From: Eukaryota sp. TZLM1-RC
Taxonomy: Eukaryota > Protista > Metamonada: BaSk clade
Assembly (NCBI GenBank): GCA_040285825.1
Contig: JAUPSS010000004.1
Span: forward strand, 6,787,784 to 6,851,783
Direction of reading: 5' to 3'
DNA: 64,000 nt
Made by a program: the position numbers and the translations under genes. The notes below the pieces were generated by a model. That model was given only the letters and a program-made list of their open reading frames with translations. It was not told the DNA's origin and did not search any database. Below, one piece after another: positions 1 through 11,182 of this stretch. Within the stretch, counting starts at the first letter, position 1. Every line of letters begins with the position of its first letter.

Positions 1-501
1 AGTAATTAAGTCCATGTTGTTAGCTGTACAGAATGAGTTGAGCTCTCGTTCTGCCAACAGCTTCGCTTCAGCATACCACAAATCTGTAGGTTCAGATAAA
101 TAGCTTTCTGGACCAAGCCCATGGCGTGTAACATCAAAGCTATTCAAGTAACCAACCGCTGCGGCTGATGATATGTAAATTAATCGCGGTACACAGTTTT
201 CTCTAGCAGCCCGCGCCACAGTGATTGACCCTTCAACTGCAACCTGCTTAACTTTCGGATCACCGATCTCATCCCAACTACTCATGCAAGCCATGTGCAG
301 AACCACTTCACAGTCCTTGAATACAGGGAGAAGATCATGAAAGTTATAAATGGAACCTTCATAGACTGTAACGTTTCGGTAGGAATGAGAAAAGTTTGCT
401 TTATTCCGAGTAATGATGTTTATGGTGTTACCTGTATCAGCAAGATGTCGAAGCACAACTCGTCCTACAAAGCCTGTAGCTCCAGTGATAGCAACCTTCA
501 T
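1..501 (-). CDS. NAD-dependent epimerase/dehydratase (extended SDR), 3' part runs off the window
   Basis: Manual translation from ATG at 501: MKVAITGATGFVGRVVLRHL...VLHMA...AVEGSITVARAARENCVPRLIYISSAAAVG...WYAEAKLLAERE. Has the TGxxGxxG Rossmann motif and catalytic YxxxK. Open to base 1; absent from the ORF track. Confidence 0.93.
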   Translation of the reverse strand, partial: MKVAITGATGFVGRVVLRHLADTGNTINIITRNKANFSHSYRNVTVYEGSIYNFHDLLPVFKDCEVVLHMACMSSWDEIGDPKVKQVAVEGSITVARAARENCVPRLIYISSAAAVGYLNSFDVTRHGLGPESYLSEPTDLWYAEAKLLAERELNSFCTANNMDLIT

Positions 502-815
502 TTTACACTAAATTTACCTGGTTTTTTAGGCATAGATATACTATATATAGATATCTGGAACCTCATGTCTCTATCCGTGCTAATAAATTATAATATACTC
601 TACACTTTCTTGTTCGTACACACTGACCTTTGCAGTATGTTTTTTTATTTTTTTAACGTGAGTATGGGAGCGGATAATCCTGTACATCTTCACAGCACTG
701 TCAACATCCCTATCCCACTAAACACCACATTCACTATGTTGACAGTACAGCAGTTCGTGGCAGGGGACTAGATAATCCATTATGATCTTGAACATCATAA
801 TTGATTAATTTAGTT

Positions 816-923
816 TATAGCTTTAGATTCCACAATTTTCATTATTAGCAGAATTTCCAAAGGGACGGTAATTATGAGAATTCTGGAATTCTCATATTGA
901 AAAATGTGGAATCTAAAGCTTTG
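816..923. mobile_element. MITE derived from the MULE family at 36222-38181
   Basis: Inverted termini AGCTTTAGATTCCACA...TGTGGAATCTAAAGCT. Flanks ATTTAGTT/ATTTAATT (8-bp TSD, 1 mismatch). Left and right halves match the two ends of the element at 36222-38181. Confidence 0.85.
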
Positions 924-1539
924 ATTTAATTTAATTTTGTTATTGTACTTGGTACTTTTTTTTTGATTTTCGGGAACAAGTTTTCAAGAATTAGTTGACT
1001 TCATTAGTCTTTATTGACCACATAATTTTATTGATACACTTTTGATTTCCTATCAGCTTAATTGCTGGATTTAGATGCACCTCAACAATTATTGTTTCCT
1101 CGCATGTGATTTTTCATTTAAAAAAATACCATTTCTTTCTTCTTTTTCAGATGTAAAATCAGAGGCGTTAAATACTGCGATTGGATAGATAGCTCTGAAG
1201 TTGTTTTTGATTTTGTCTCCAGTTATGTTTTAAATGACACTTTCGTGAGGAAAAAATGTGCGAATTTCATTGAAATATGATGATTCAAACATTACAAAAT
1301 TGACCTCAATTGAATGGGAGATTCATGTAGGAACAAGAATTGGAATTTGAAGATTCAAATGATTAAACAAAAGCAAAAAAACCAAGAGTAAAGGAGAAGT
1401 TAGAAGAATCAATGAAATCAAGAGAAGACCGGGTCATAGATATGAATAAATTTGGACAGAGACGCCTAACAATTGCAGAATAAGTAGAATCATCAGAAAG
1501 TGAAACCAGCAAGAGGATAAGAAAACGAATTTCAATACT

Positions 1540-3864
1540 TTTTTTTAAAATTTAATTTTATTCTAAACCTATAAATCAACATCTAAAAAATCCATCTCTC
1601 CCAAAACAAAAACACTAGATGCAACTCTCTCATAGTGAGATCCAAGAGAAAGCAAAGCATCAGAAACCATCTTCAACATCCCCTTAAAAATAGAAAACAC
1701 AATTCTATTTTGCCAAAACAATCTGTTGAAATTTCTACCAGTTCTTCTCTTTACAATCATTTCAAAATCATCCAAAAAACGTAAAGCAGTTGGTGCAAGT
1801 GAACCAAAAAGGGAAAATACAAATGGATACAAATTGTATTTTGCATGCTGTAGACTGGCCAATTTGGACAAAGGTTCATTGTATTTTTTGAATTTAAAAT
1901 TTTCAGCATTTGAAAGGGGATTATGAATTTCAGAATTAACAAGCCTTTCATTTGAGGCATTACAAGGATCAACAGACATTACATCCAATAAAATGAAGCT
2001 TCCATCTAATCCAGGTAATATGACATCACCTCTATTATTCTTATGAAAATCATTTTCAGCATCAAACAGATTTGACAACAAAGGTTCCAAGAAGGATTCA
2101 ATTCTATGAGATTTACACATACAATATAACTGGTCTCTTACAGCATCATGAACCTTGCTTCTAAAAGTAATAAAATGTTTACAATTTAACAAATGAGTAG
2201 TTGTAATTTCTCGAGAACATTTACAAATTAAATTATGAGGTAAATTATCAGGCCAGATAAAGGAACGAAATCTCATATTCAGAGTCCAAGCAGAATCGGA
2301 TAAGAGAGTACCATAAACTTGTGGAAATGTTGTTACTAAGGCAGAAGAAGTACTGTCACACATATCTTGTAAAAGATTTGCAAAAGCGGGATTCTTTTTC
2401 TTGGCCAAGCCAAGTCTAACATCAAAATCCAAGCTTTCAAAAATCTTTGACAATTTTTGTTGAAGCTTTTTACAGCAAAACTGTAAATTAAATAGAGATC
2501 GGTTTGGAATTTCTTGAATTGATTGAGGAAAACATTTGGTCCAAATTTGTGGCGGTAATTTTTCAAGTTCACAAGATAACTCATACAAATAGGGACTACA
2601 ATTGGGGACTAACAGATGAGAATCATCAGGAAATCTACGAGAAAATTCATAAATGAAATTTTTGCCACCACCCAAGAATGCTGATTGACACAAAATTGAA
2701 GATTTAGTAAAACCAATACCATCCAAATTTGCTGAAGAAAATAAATGGCTTTTCAACATTCCTGGTTCTACATCCAATAAATCAGCAAAAAATTCTGTTC
2801 TCAATGAATTAACAGAACGACAAAAATCTAATGCTATGGAAGGAGCACAAGATCTCAAAATGTGGGTTATTCTCCCAGTGTAGCAAATTTTAAGCATGAA
2901 AAATTTAATATGCTTTTCTATATCTAAAGAAGAAATTGAATCAAGTTCAATTTTCATTTTTTCCAAAATAACTTGCAATTCATTCTGAATTTGAGGCACA
3001 TTTCCTAACCAACAACCAAGGAACTTAAAAGCATCACTACTATAATTAGTAAAAGGGACAATAGAATCGTTTATCACGAGGTCTTGAGCAGAAGAGCCAA
3101 TCAGAAGGCATTTGCTGGCATTAAGATGAAGCCCAATATTTTCATATGAATCGGCAATTTCTTGAGCAACCAATTCTAGTAAATCAAATGAACCAATCAA
3201 GGATATATCATCCATATAAGCAACTATTTTTATAGAAGGGTATTTTTGCTTAATGATATTTAAAGTTTTGTGAATAGCTAAACAAAACAATAATGGGCCT
3301 AAAGGATCTCCCTGCTTCACTCCAGAAGATGATTTAAGACCAAATGAATTAAAAATTAAATCTGATTCTTTCCCATAAAAATGGTAGAAAAAACTCGATA
3401 GCTCAGGAAAATCAGATTTAATAACTTCAAAAATTGCTTCTCGCTTTACAGAATTAAAAGCATTTTTAAAGTCGAGATTAAAAATAAAATTATTTTCCTC
3501 TGCATTAAAAAAGGTATCAGAGGCAATAGCAGCAACAGAAGCACCATCAATTGTTTTGATTCCAAATTGATGAGAATTCAAAAATGTAGAAGCTTTGTCT
3601 TTGACACGATCGAAGACAATTGATGCTAGCAAACGAGAAAGAGATTCACCAACAGCAATTGGGCGTATTCCATCAGGTTTGATTCCGTTTCCAGGCTTTA
3701 CTAAAGCAATCAGACGTGCTGCGAGTAATTCAAATGGAGGATTAATTTTCAAAACAATCAATTGTTGAAAATAGTGGGCTAGATCATCAGCAATTTCGGG
3801 AGCACTGGAACACGCTATTTTTAACAGATCAAAAGAAATTCCAGATGGGCCTGCTGCTTTCCCC
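1540..3864 (-). mobile_element. CRE-type non-LTR retrotransposon, family 1, 5'-truncated recent copy
   Basis: Poly(T) at 1539-1546 (poly(A) tail), AATAAA just after the stop codon, 10-bp TSD TTTCAATACT at 1530-1539 and 3865-3874. Confidence 0.93.
1569..3863 (-). CDS. Reverse transcriptase + restriction-like endonuclease (5'-truncated, frame intact)
   Basis: GKAAGPSG, IRPIAVGE, LDFKNAFN, GVKQGDPLGP, YMDD, then CxC...HLLNC zinc knuckle, HDAVRD, RGD...LDV and K..KY of the RLE. Frame is open from the truncation point at 3863. Confidence 0.93.
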   Translation of the reverse strand, partial: GKAAGPSGISFDLLKIACSSAPEIADDLAHYFQQLIVLKINPPFELLAARLIALVKPGNGIKPDGIRPIAVGESLSRLLASIVFDRVKDKASTFLNSHQFGIKTIDGASVAAIASDTFFNAEENNFIFNLDFKNAFNSVKREAIFEVIKSDFPELSSFFYHFYGKESDLIFNSFGLKSSSGVKQGDPLGPLLFCLAIHKTLNIIKQKYPSIKIVAYMDDISLIGSFDLLELVAQEIADSYENIGLHLNASKCLLIGSSAQDLVINDSIVPFTNYSSDAFKFLGCWLGNVPQIQNELQVILEKMKIELDSISSLDIEKHIKFFMLKICYTGRITHILRSCAPSIALDFCRSVNSLRTEFFADLLDVEPGMLKSHLFSSANLDGIGFTKSSILCQSAFLGGGKNFIYEFSRRFPDDSHLLVPNCSPYLYELSCELEKLPPQIWTKCFPQSIQEIPNRSLFNLQFCCKKLQQKLSKIFESLDFDVRLGLAKKKNPAFANLLQDMCDSTSSALVTTFPQVYGTLLSDSAWTLNMRFRSFIWPDNLPHNLICKCSREITTTHLLNCKHFITFRSKVHDAVRDQLYCMCKSHRIESFLEPLLSNLFDAENDFHKNNRGDVILPGLDGSFILLDVMSVDPCNASNERLVNSEIHNPLSNAENFKFKKYNEPLSKLASLQHAKYNLYPFVFSLFGSLAPTALRFLDDFEMIVKRRTGRNFNRLFWQNRIVFSIFKGMLKMVSDALLSLGSHYERVASSVFVLGEMDFLDVDL

Positions 3865-3960
3865 TTTCAATACTGTTGCATAAAAAGACAAAATAAAGAA
3901 AAGCAACTTTAACAACCATCTTTCAGTCTCAACAGGTTATATTACTTAACACTTTTGCTG

Positions 3961-6501
3961 ATGCAGTTCAAACCTGTCACATATGAGCCTCTCTCGGCAT
4001 CCTTACCAGACACTAGTCCCACTCATCCACATCCTGAGCCTCAATTTTCTGCACCCACAGAAGTTTCACCTGCTCAGACGTCAACAGCTACGTCTGTTCC
4101 ATCTCTTGAACAACTGTCAGTCACACCTAGTCCTGCTGAACCAATTCCTGAGACGATTACCTCTAAACCTGCAGTCTCTGCCAAAGAACGTGCACTCTGT
4201 CTTCCTTCTTTAATCACACCTCACAATAAAACACGTGAGGAATCCACACTATTTAGGGCAGGCCAAGACTCTTCTGTTCCTTCTGTTTATGCCAACAGAA
4301 CCCTCATTGATGTAGGGGACGCTACTCCCAATTATCTCCAGGCCACCTCTACCATGTTCCCTGCATCCAGAGAACTTGCTGCTCAGTCTTCCTTCCCTTA
4401 TTCTCTCGTATGGACACCCCACCCCCACCTTTCCGACTATGACAAAATCCCACCAAATGTACACGGCATACCTCCCAGATGCCGTCGTTGCAGGGCATAC
4501 CTATCTCCTCAGGCAGGGAAGCAGTTGTCTTCTTGGGTTTGTAGAATCTGTAGTTCCGAGAACCCCCTGGCCACTAATAACTTTAATGATAAAGAACTCT
4601 GTGATACCGCTATGAAGTATGGAGTGGTAGACTACCACCCTCTCGAATCTGATACTGATTTCTCTAGCTATCAAGCAATCAAAGGGCTGACTTTGGCCAG
4701 TGGAGAGGCTTGCACTTTTTGTGAATCTATAATGTATGTGCTTGATTGCAGTAATGATTCTATCAAGAAGGGAATATTTGAGAGTGCTTGTCAAGCATTG
4801 ATTGACACATTGAATATTTTGAATGAAGTAAAAGAAGAGATCAGGGTAGGGATCATGATAGTCACGAGTGTTGGGATTTCTGTTATTGATTTCGTAACCA
4901 ATCAATCAAAACCCCAAATCTTAACTGTTCCTGACCTTGATGAACCTTTCCTTCCCTCAGCTCCATATTCCCTTCTTCCCCTTCTCTCTACCCATCTATC
5001 CACCATTACATCCTTTCTCTCTACTCTTCCATCTCTTATTCCTTCTTCAAAAAGCCAAGTAACTGGAGCAGCTCTGGGGTCTGCTCTGTTCATGTGTCAG
5101 CATTTGTATAAAGGCTCGGCTGGAAGGGTTGTCGTTATCTGTTCTTCCTTACCCAATGTCGGAATTGGAGCTTTTAATGATAGAGGACTTTCAAAGAGTG
5201 TTGGTTTAGGAGATAAAAGCGGAAAAACTGTTGGTCCTGCTAATAATGAATGGTTTCATCTAGGGAATGCTCTGTCTGCTTCGAATGTGTTAGTTGATGT
5301 GCTGGCAGTGTGTCAAGGGTCACATTCACTGGATCTGGCAACTTTAAGTGTGGTTACCAATACCACAGGAGGCAAGTTGATCAAATTACACGATTTAAGC
5401 AAACATCTATTGGAAACAAGAATTCAATGTCAATTAACAAGCTTGTCTCAAAGAGAATGTTTATATAGTTGTATCCTAAGGGTCAGAACAGGAGCTCATA
5501 TTGAAGTCAAGGGAATTCTGGCGACTGGGTCAAAAATAAGTTCTAGTTCTGAGCTAAAGATTCCTGTACTTTCAGAAAATCTTACCTTTCTAGTTGATCT
5601 TTCAATTGAAAACAAAATGTCAGAGGGTGCCATCATTCCTCTTCAAGCTGCAATGTTATTTACCAACTCTAAGGGCGAGCGATGTGTTCGGGTAGCCACC
5701 ATCTCTGTCTCAATCTCAGCCTCCCTTCCTCCTGTGTTTCGGTATTCATCTGCTGAGGCTATTGCTTGCTCTTTTGTTAAACATGCAAGCCTTTCTTTGT
5801 TTTCTAAGGGCATTGTCCCAACAAGAGAGGAATTGGTGACCAAGTTAGTTAATCTGTTAACGGCTTATAGAGTTTACGCTTCTCAGAGACCCCACTTGCC
5901 ACAATTGCTGCTTCCTGAAACTCTTCAACATTTACCAATTTTAATTTCTTCTTGTTTAAGGTCTAATCTTTTGTACACAGGCGGTGATGTCACCTTGGAC
6001 GACAGAATCGAGATAATGTCGCTTTTTAGGCAAGCTAATATTTTTGATTTTGTTTTCAATTTACATCCTTTTGTCTATGATTTGACCGAAATTGAGGATG
6101 TTTCTTATAATTTGGCGGGTGTTCCTGTTCTCCCGCCTTTGTTGAGGCCTTCAAATCTTGTGTTGGATTCAGCCAAAATTTGTCTCATTGTTTGTCCCAA
6201 AAATGTGTACCTATTTGTTGGAAAAGATGTTGAATTAGATGAGAAGTTTGAAATTGATAATAATGTTGCTACTGCTATTCCAGAGTGGCTCCAAAAAACT
6301 GTCAATTATGCTATCAGGTCAAAGCTTCCTTATGATGCACCAATTATCTATTTAGGTGACCCGGTTAATAATAGTGGAATGGGCAAGTCTTCTATTACCT
6401 TAAGTGAAGCTTTGGTTGAAGATTCTTTGGGCAGTAATGTGTGCTTACTAGATTTCTTAACTGATATTCACCGTAAAATCCTTGAAAATGTCCGGACCTA
6501 G
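3961..6501 (+). CDS. SEC24: COPII coat subunit Sec24
   Basis: Pro/Ser-rich N-terminus, zinc finger PPRCRRCRAY...WVCRICSSEN, trunk (VPDLDEPFLP, LPNVGIG, DLATL), beta-sandwich (QAAMLFTNSKGERCVRV), QLLLPETLQHLP helical domain, gelsolin-like end. First ATG is 3961. Confidence 0.93.
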   Translation: MQFKPVTYEPLSASLPDTSPTHPHPEPQFSAPTEVSPAQTSTATSVPSLEQLSVTPSPAEPIPETITSKPAVSAKERALCLPSLITPHNKTREESTLFRAGQDSSVPSVYANRTLIDVGDATPNYLQATSTMFPASRELAAQSSFPYSLVWTPHPHLSDYDKIPPNVHGIPPRCRRCRAYLSPQAGKQLSSWVCRICSSENPLATNNFNDKELCDTAMKYGVVDYHPLESDTDFSSYQAIKGLTLASGEACTFCESIMYVLDCSNDSIKKGIFESACQALIDTLNILNEVKEEIRVGIMIVTSVGISVIDFVTNQSKPQILTVPDLDEPFLPSAPYSLLPLLSTHLSTITSFLSTLPSLIPSSKSQVTGAALGSALFMCQHLYKGSAGRVVVICSSLPNVGIGAFNDRGLSKSVGLGDKSGKTVGPANNEWFHLGNALSASNVLVDVLAVCQGSHSLDLATLSVVTNTTGGKLIKLHDLSKHLLETRIQCQLTSLSQRECLYSCILRVRTGAHIEVKGILATGSKISSSSELKIPVLSENLTFLVDLSIENKMSEGAIIPLQAAMLFTNSKGERCVRVATISVSISASLPPVFRYSSAEAIACSFVKHASLSLFSKGIVPTREELVTKLVNLLTAYRVYASQRPHLPQLLLPETLQHLPILISSCLRSNLLYTGGDVTLDDRIEIMSLFRQANIFDFVFNLHPFVYDLTEIEDVSYNLAGVPVLPPLLRPSNLVLDSAKICLIVCPKNVYLFVGKDVELDEKFEIDNNVATAIPEWLQKTVNYAIRSKLPYDAPIIYLGDPVNNSGMGKSSITLSEALVEDSLGSNVCLLDFLTDIHRKILENVRT

Positions 6502-6722
6502 TTTTGTAATAAATGTCAGTCTCGTGTAGCTTTTTTCTTTTGCTTATGTCTTGAATTCTGTCTAAAAACGACTTTGAATAACTATTGTTCTAATTAACTA
6601 ATAAATTTTACTATCAACCCAATTTCCCACAACCCATAATTTGTATAGAATTGATATGGGAATGAAGGAATCACAAAATCAAGAAGAGTTCCCTTCTTGC
6701 TTAAGTATCAACATCTGCTCAA

Positions 6723-7967
6723 ATGGCCCCTCCTTGTGCCTTTTATCTTAATCAGCTTCCTACGGATAACATAACATACTATACCAAGACCATATCAGAA
6801 TGCCTTGCTCATAATGCCGACCAGTTCATCGTCTCAACTTATCAGGCAGATCCCGAATGGCTGTTTGATCAGCTTCCTGTACTGTTAACTAGACCATGTC
6901 ATTTTTTCGTAGGTGACAATAATTTATTGAGTTTAAACAAACTCAAGCTACCAAATCTTATAGTTTCAAAACCAAGACTTCCTCTTCCTTTTGGAACCTA
7001 CCACTCAAAGTTTTTTATATCAATTTGTGCTAATCGTATCGTCATTGCAATCACGACATCTAATTTAGCAAAACGAGACTGGGAATCAAGAAACCAAGGA
7101 ATCTATTACCAAGAGTTTCCGTTACGCAGTGCTGATGGTGTTGTTAAAGACAGTCGTTTCAAGGATCCTCTCATAGATTATCTTACTTTTTGTGGGTATC
7201 AGACTCCTGAAATACTTGACAAATATGACTATAGTCAAGCTAAAGTCTTCATTGTGCCTTCCTTACCGGGAACTTGGAGAGGAGAAGTATCAAATCAGTA
7301 TGGACAGAAGAGAATTCGCTCCATTATTGATTCCGCAAAGTCGACTACAAATCAAGCTACCTTTGTGTTTTCTTCTTTTGGAAAGCTTTCTTCCCCTTTT
7401 CTAAGATCAATAACATCTTCTCTCAGGGTTAATCAAGTAGGATTTGTTTGGCCTACAGTTGATGATGTCAGGACTAGTGTCCTTGGGTACGAATCTGGCT
7501 TTAGTTTGTGTTGTAATCATCGCAATTTAACTACTGATGTCAGGTCTAATCTTCGTCGTTGGGAACCTGTAAAGGTCAGATCTTGCTTTGAGGATCAGCA
7601 GTTGTTGAACAAGGATTTAATGGAAAGGGCAAATGTTATGCCACATTGTAAATTCTTTGCAAGGGGGACTCCTGATTCCTTATCAACGGTCTTTTTAGGT
7701 TCCCATAATATGTCTACTGCTGCCTTTGGTACTATTAGTGCTTCTGGTAGTCTTACGGTAAGATCTTATGAACTTGGAGTATTATGGCAGAGAGGACTGG
7801 GCATTGAGGAGCTTTCTTGCTTTGAAACTGATGATGGACCAAAAGGATGCTTTTTACCTTTACCATTCAAGTTTCCTGCAAGAAGATATGGAGCAAACGA
7901 CACTCCTTGGTCTTGGGATATATCACACATGGAACCAGATATATATGGCAGGTCTTTTACTGTCTAG
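6723..7967 (+). CDS. TDP1: Tyrosyl-DNA phosphodiesterase 1
   Basis: Two HKN motifs (FGTYHSKFF...TSNL; MPHCK...GSHNMSTAAFG), SLPG, FSSFG, WPTVDDVRTS, RSYELGVL, LPFKFPARRYGANDTPW. Confidence 0.95.
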   Translation: MAPPCAFYLNQLPTDNITYYTKTISECLAHNADQFIVSTYQADPEWLFDQLPVLLTRPCHFFVGDNNLLSLNKLKLPNLIVSKPRLPLPFGTYHSKFFISICANRIVIAITTSNLAKRDWESRNQGIYYQEFPLRSADGVVKDSRFKDPLIDYLTFCGYQTPEILDKYDYSQAKVFIVPSLPGTWRGEVSNQYGQKRIRSIIDSAKSTTNQATFVFSSFGKLSSPFLRSITSSLRVNQVGFVWPTVDDVRTSVLGYESGFSLCCNHRNLTTDVRSNLRRWEPVKVRSCFEDQQLLNKDLMERANVMPHCKFFARGTPDSLSTVFLGSHNMSTAAFGTISASGSLTVRSYELGVLWQRGLGIEELSCFETDDGPKGCFLPLPFKFPARRYGANDTPWSWDISHMEPDIYGRSFTV

Positions 7968-8289
7968 TGCTATTCAGAGCTCAGTCAATTCTTTTGTATT
8001 GAAAATATTGTTTTAGATTTTTTCTAAAACAAAATTCTGGAAGTAAAAATGTTGGATTTCTTTGTTCTTTTTCTTTAAAAATCTCTTGTGTGAACGAGAA
8101 GAATATTTGGTCAAATCATCTTAGAATGTTGTGATTCGTTGAATTACGTCAACTTTGTTCTCAGATTTGCTTTAGATTTAGCTTTATCTTCCCTTTATAA
8201 CTGCTTCTTTTTCAATGAGTGGAAGCCTGTCAAAGAAATTGGAATTTTTTTGACAAAATTCAAAAAACTGAGAAATAGTGCTTAGGAAA

Positions 8290-8420
8290 TGCTATTATCG
8301 ACTAAGGCTCTAGGCGACTGGACAAACCCCTTTTGTCTAAGAAGGTCGATTCTATCAGTTATAGCTTTCTATAAGCAATACAATAAACTATTTTATCTAG
8401 TATCTTTATTAGTTTTACAG
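8290..8420 (+). repeat. Possible solo LTR
   Basis: TG...CA bounded AT-rich segment sharing GCTCTAG...AAACCC(C)TTTTG and AATAAA with the LTR-like segment at 54131-54280. Similarity judged by eye only. Confidence 0.25.
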
Positions 8421-9180
8421 TTATCCAGTGTGATATGGTTTCGTCAGGAATGGTGAAAAGCTTCGGAATGAAGGTATAGAATTGACAGAGATTGTTGAGC
8501 ATTTGGATTTGGTGAACGAAGATTTTAATAAAGGGGGAAGTTCAGAAAATGATGGTGAAGTTGTTGACCTTTGAAATTGAATCGATTATATCATTAGAAT
8601 TTTTTTGAATTTTAATTTATCATTACTAAATTACACTAATTACTTTTCCATTTACTCCAATAAATCTTTTCTTTCTTGTTATTTTTTGCAGATACTATCA
8701 ATGTACTGAAAGGAAAAATCTTATCATCTAAATTGAACGGTACTTTGAATTACAAGTTGGGCAGAGAATAGTAATAATCCTTATGCTTACGAATTATATA
8801 ATTACGAATTATCAAAATTTACTACAACAAAGGACTTCCCCAATGTGTTGTAATGTATTCACTCTCAAAGATCAGAGGATATGAGAATACTCAGTTTTAA
8901 TTTTGTTGTAAATTTTATAGGAAGTATAAAAAAGTTTATTTAAGTTAGGAGTAGGATTGGGGCTGGCTATTAGTGACGCGTTTGATCAATTCTAAGTTGG
9001 AAAAAACAGTCAGTGTCTGGCGTCTAGCTTCAAGAGATCAACTTGAAATTGGCTTTGTAATAAACTACTCTCCTTAAACGTTAGTTATGTCAAATGAAGA
9101 TAATCTGGATGTAATTACCCCAAATACTTCCACTACTATTACTCTATTATTTCTATTCATATTATGGAAATTCATCAACA

Positions 9181-11015
9181 TTGGTCTATGAAAACTTTGA
9201 GCTGCTTTCTTCTTCAGGTGTAAAACAGGGCGATCCACTTGGTCCTTTTTTCTTTTGTCTGGCAATTCATCCATTAATGTGCGAATTAAAAGAAAAATTC
9301 CCAGAAATAGATATTGTAGCATATATGGATGACATTTCTGTAATTGCTCCTATTACAATTCTCAAACAAATAGCAACTTTTATTCAGCAGCGTTATGAAG
9401 ATATTGGTCTCTCATTGAATATCTCCAAATGTTTGATTATTGGCCATGAACCAATTGATTTTTTCATTAATGATGTCAATGTCCCCTTTATCAATTATGA
9501 TCAGTCTGGTTTTCGTTTTTTGGGTTGTTATCTCGGAAATATTGAAGAAGTCAAAAGCCAACTTTCGACTCTGTTGACTCAATTTGGAAATGAATTAGAA
9601 TCAATAGAAAATTCAAATATTGAGAAACATTTGAAATTCTTTTTCCTAAAAATTTGTTATTCTGGAAAATTTACTAATATTTTGAGATCAACATCACCAT
9701 CAATTTCTTTGGAGTTTTGTCGAATTTTTAATGAACAAAGTACCAATTTTTTTAGCAAAATTATTGAAAATTGATGCATCTCAGTTACGAAGCCACATTT
9801 TTTGTGGTACAAATTTTGGTGGTGTTGATTTTCATAAATCAAGCTACCTTTGTAAAGCTGCCTTTATTGGAGGTGGTAAAAATTTTATTTATGAATATGT
9901 GAATCGTTTTCCTGAAAAAATTGATCTCATTGAAAATTGTGGCAGCTCTTATCTTATTTCTTTGCAACAGGAAATTGAAACTCTTTCACTCAATATTTGG
10001 TCTAAATGTTTCCCCTCTGATATTGTGGAACTTCCTCCAAGAAGCTTGCTGTCCCTACCACTGACTTTTGCAAAATTGCAGAAAAAAATCTCAAAAGATT
10101 TAGAAAACTTGAATTATATTGTACGTCTTAGCTTGGCTAAAGAAAAAAATCCCGTTTTTGCAAATTTTTTGATTGATCTTGAAGACAGTTGCTCAAGTTG
10201 CCTAATCTCCCAAATTCCCAACATTTATGGCCTTCTACTCAATGATCACCAATGGACCACTGCAATGAGATTGAGATGTTTTCTATGACCTTGTTCCTTA
10301 CCAAATGATTTAATTTGTCGCTGCAAGAGTGTTGTTACGCTTTCCCATATTTTAAACTGTAAGTATTTTATAATTTATCGCTCAATTGTTCATGACTCAG
10401 TTCGTGACCAATTATATGCCATGTGCAAAAGTTTCAATATAGATGCATTTATTGAGCCATTAGTACGTAAGCTGTCTTCAGATCAAACTGATGATTCCTT
10501 TGGTAAAAGAAGGGCAGATTTAGTAGCTCCAGGGATCGATGGTGTTCTCAATGTTGTGGATGTTGTCTCAGTTGATGTTTGCAAAAATTCTGCTGTTCGC
10601 TTAGTGTATTCCGCTGATTCGCCGTTATCTAACGCCGAAAAAAAAGAAGATAAAAAATTTGAAGAACCTTTGGCACAGTTAGGTAAAGTCGAACACGTCA
10701 AATATCAGTTTGTGCCGTTTGCAATTTCTCTTTGTGGCAATATTGGACCTTCAGGGTTGCACTTTTTGAAAACTTCAAAAAAGTGTTACTGAATAGGTCT
10801 GGTAAAACAATGAATTGCACTTTCTGGTTGAATAGAATTGTTTTTTGCATTTTCAAGTCTATTCCAACAATGATTTCAAAGGCACTTTTAGCTATTGGTG
10901 TAGATTATGAACGTAATGCTGTGAGTAGGTTTAGTAATAGTGAAGCTTGTTTGGGGGATATTGAATTCTAGATAGATTTTTTTTCTCAATAAATATTCCA
11001 GTTATTTAAAAAAAA
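9181..11015 (+). mobile_element. CRE-type non-LTR retrotransposon, family 2, 5'-truncated with frameshifts and a stop
   Basis: ORF pieces 9181-9774 (GVKQGDPLGP, YMDD), 9731-10288, 10421-10792 (RRADLV...VVDV) and 10732-10971 are colinear with the family-1 protein. AATAAA and an A-tract at ~10988-11015. Confidence 0.9.
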
Positions 11016-11182
11016 CTATCTCTTTCTGCTGGTATTTCACACTTTTTTCTAAGATCCATCAACAAGTGTATTCGCAGCCATTTGAACACAGCTGCTGAAT
11101 TAATGCGTTACATTTTCCTGTTTACCAAAGAGTTTATCAACTCTTATCCTTATTTGTCATTTGCTTTTACTGATCAAAATTT

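Noticed and set aside
295-771. 158-aa plus-strand ORF
   Set aside because: Antisense shadow of the real SDR gene on the minus strand (501 to 1); no recognisable motifs.
3936-3966. Possible 31-nt intron (GTTATA...CTGATGCAG) at the Sec24 start
   Set aside because: The implied upstream exon reaches a stop at 3894-3896 with no ATG, and branch spacing differs from the two supported introns. Unresolved without RNA-seq.
6723-7967. Functional link between TDP1 and neighbouring mobile elements
   Set aside because: Ordinary housekeeping gene next to Sec24; nothing in the sequence ties it to an element.
10286-10288. TGA at a conserved Trp position, suggesting a non-standard genetic code
   Set aside because: Single case in a decayed retroelement; thousands of host-gene codons contain no in-frame TGA.
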